Below, piece after piece: positions 62,648-64,000 of a stretch of DNA of 64,000 nucleotides. This stretch comes from a virus. The position numbers and the translations under genes were made by a program. Location: the IMG/VR virus record IMGVR_UViG_3300020442_000008, positions 1 through 64,000 of that record; one strand, 5' to 3'. The notes under the pieces are model-generated. The model saw only the letters and a program-made list of their open reading frames with translations. It was not told the origin of the DNA and did no database searches. Numbering within the stretch: position 1 is the stretch's first letter; each line of letters begins with the position of its first letter.

Positions 62648-63128
62648 TGGACTCAACTCTACAAAAGAACGAATTGTTTGTTTCTCTTAGCAATGCGAAT
62701 TCAGTAGAAGTTGATGCTTCATGGGCAATTCTTAAATACAAGGAAATTGGTATTTACAGAAAGGTTGCTTGTTTGAGTTCCCTATTCAACTTGGACTTTG
62801 AGAGCGTACTAGATACGCTCCCGAAGGACGATGAGGGTAGATTATTGGACTACAAGACAAGGCACTTAATCCATGACGCATTACTTCTAGTATCGTGAGC
62901 GAAGAAGCAGAAGCATATATTCACAAACTCCAATCAGAACTAACTCAAATAATTCAAAAGATTTGCAAGTCTTATGATGATGTTATGAGTCAAGAGCAAG
63001 TTAATGAATACTTGGGTTATCTGATTGAGTCGTTAGAATATTTTCATAAAAGAGGAAACTATCAACGCATGGCATACGATTTGCGAAACGCAATAAATTT
63101 TCTGCCATCAGCATTTCCAACAAATTAA
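62647..63128 (+). other. Two short hypothetical ORFs (62647..62898, 62895..63128)
   Basis: Translationally coupled to rIIB. Confidence 0.55.
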
Positions 63129-63169
63129 TTCTTGACTTTCGGGGCAAATTAAAATAGGATATATATATT

Positions 63170-63580
63170 ATGGGATTAGATCAATACGCTTATAGCAAAG
63201 ATTCAAAAGGAGAAGAGGTAGAACTCGCTTATTGGAGAAAGCACAATCGCCTACAAGGATGGATGGAAGAACTTTGGGAAGCTAAAGGCAGACCAAACTA
63301 CAAACCAACCAATAATGGGGGTCTAGGAGACTTTAATTGCGTGAATCTCTATTTAAGCTTGGAAGACCTTGACGATCTTGAAGAAGTCGTTTGTGCGAAA
63401 GCTTTACCCGAAACTTGCGGATTCTTCTTTGGTGAGGATTCTTTCTCTTGGGAAAATAAAGATGGAGAACAACATAAAGGTTATGATTATTTCTACAAGG
63501 AACTAGATATGGAATTCATAGAAAAAGCTAGAGATGAAATTAATAAAGGAAAAAAAGTATTCTATACTTGTTGGTGGTAA
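63170..63580 (+). CDS. Conserved phage protein (MGLD..Y / YWRK family)
   Basis: MGLDQYAY...ELAYWRKHN.L.GWM...LPETCGFFFG...FYTCWW. Confidence 0.75.
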   Translation: MGLDQYAYSKDSKGEEVELAYWRKHNRLQGWMEELWEAKGRPNYKPTNNGGLGDFNCVNLYLSLEDLDDLEEVVCAKALPETCGFFFGEDSFSWENKDGEQHKGYDYFYKELDMEFIEKARDEINKGKKVFYTCWW

Positions 63581-63679
63581 ATATGTATTCAATAAATATA
63601 ATAGAATTAATAAATAATATATTTATAGGATTAGGTTTGACGGCACTTTTAATATTTGTTTTATTTTTAGCATTTACTT

Positions 63680-63892
63680 ATGATGACTAAAAACAAAGAA
63701 AGAGAATTACTAGATAATATATATAATATAGAGAACGAATTAAAGATAATTGAAAAAGAATTGGATTACATAATCGACAATGCTCCCGAAGATGGGGCAG
63801 TCGCAGAACTCCTAGAGATCGAGCGAGGATACCTTTTGTCGGAACTTGAGATCACCAAGGATTCTTATATGTTACTTACCAAAGATAAATAA
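63680..63892 (+). CDS. Hypothetical protein
   Basis: 70-aa helical ORF. Confidence 0.5.
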   Translation: MMTKNKERELLDNIYNIENELKIIEKELDYIIDNAPEDGAVAELLEIERGYLLSELEITKDSYMLLTKDK

Positions 63893-64000
63893 CTAAATTC
63901 TATATACAATATATATATAAGACTAATATAACAACAAATAACACACTTATTATATTACTTGATTTATTTTAAGTTAATGAATATTATTAATTTATATATA

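Noticed and set aside
63893-64000. Very AT-rich tail as origin or genome end
   Set aside because: Truncated by the window edge with no iterons visible; cannot be assigned.

Overview
AT-rich 64-kb segment of a large tailed dsDNA phage (Caudoviricetes), read in the standard code. No integrase, CRISPR array or rRNA is visible. The host is inferred to be a PVC bacterium, most likely an aquatic Verrucomicrobiota, from a DUF1549/DUF1553 + DUF1501 pair and Trp-rich surface-type repeats. 1-14.3 kb: tail fibre/adhesin module (two fibres with Peptidase_S74 chaperones, a Trp-rich giant protein, a tail assembly chaperone). 14-43 kb: accessory metabolism (GMP reductase, dCMP deaminase, dUTPase, JmjC, GNAT, citryl-CoA-lyase-like, FMO-like, a porin, three sulfotransferases, Gmd/Fcl GDP-fucose pathway, DUF1549/1553-DUF1501), plus a tmRNA and 3 tRNAs. 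43.7-64 kb: early-type region of short ORFs plus RuvB-like, ACP + minimal ketosynthase, macrodomain, UvdE, DNA ligase, HhH glycosylase and rIIA/rIIB. Three sequence-level signals stand out: sigma70 promoters placed so that ATG is about +1 (leaderless mRNAs); a second GTGTA-N9-start motif in front of structural and other genes; and near-total loss of CCAG/CTGG (apparently also CCGG, GGCC) in the right-hand ~18 kb. All family calls come from motif recognition by eye, not database searches.
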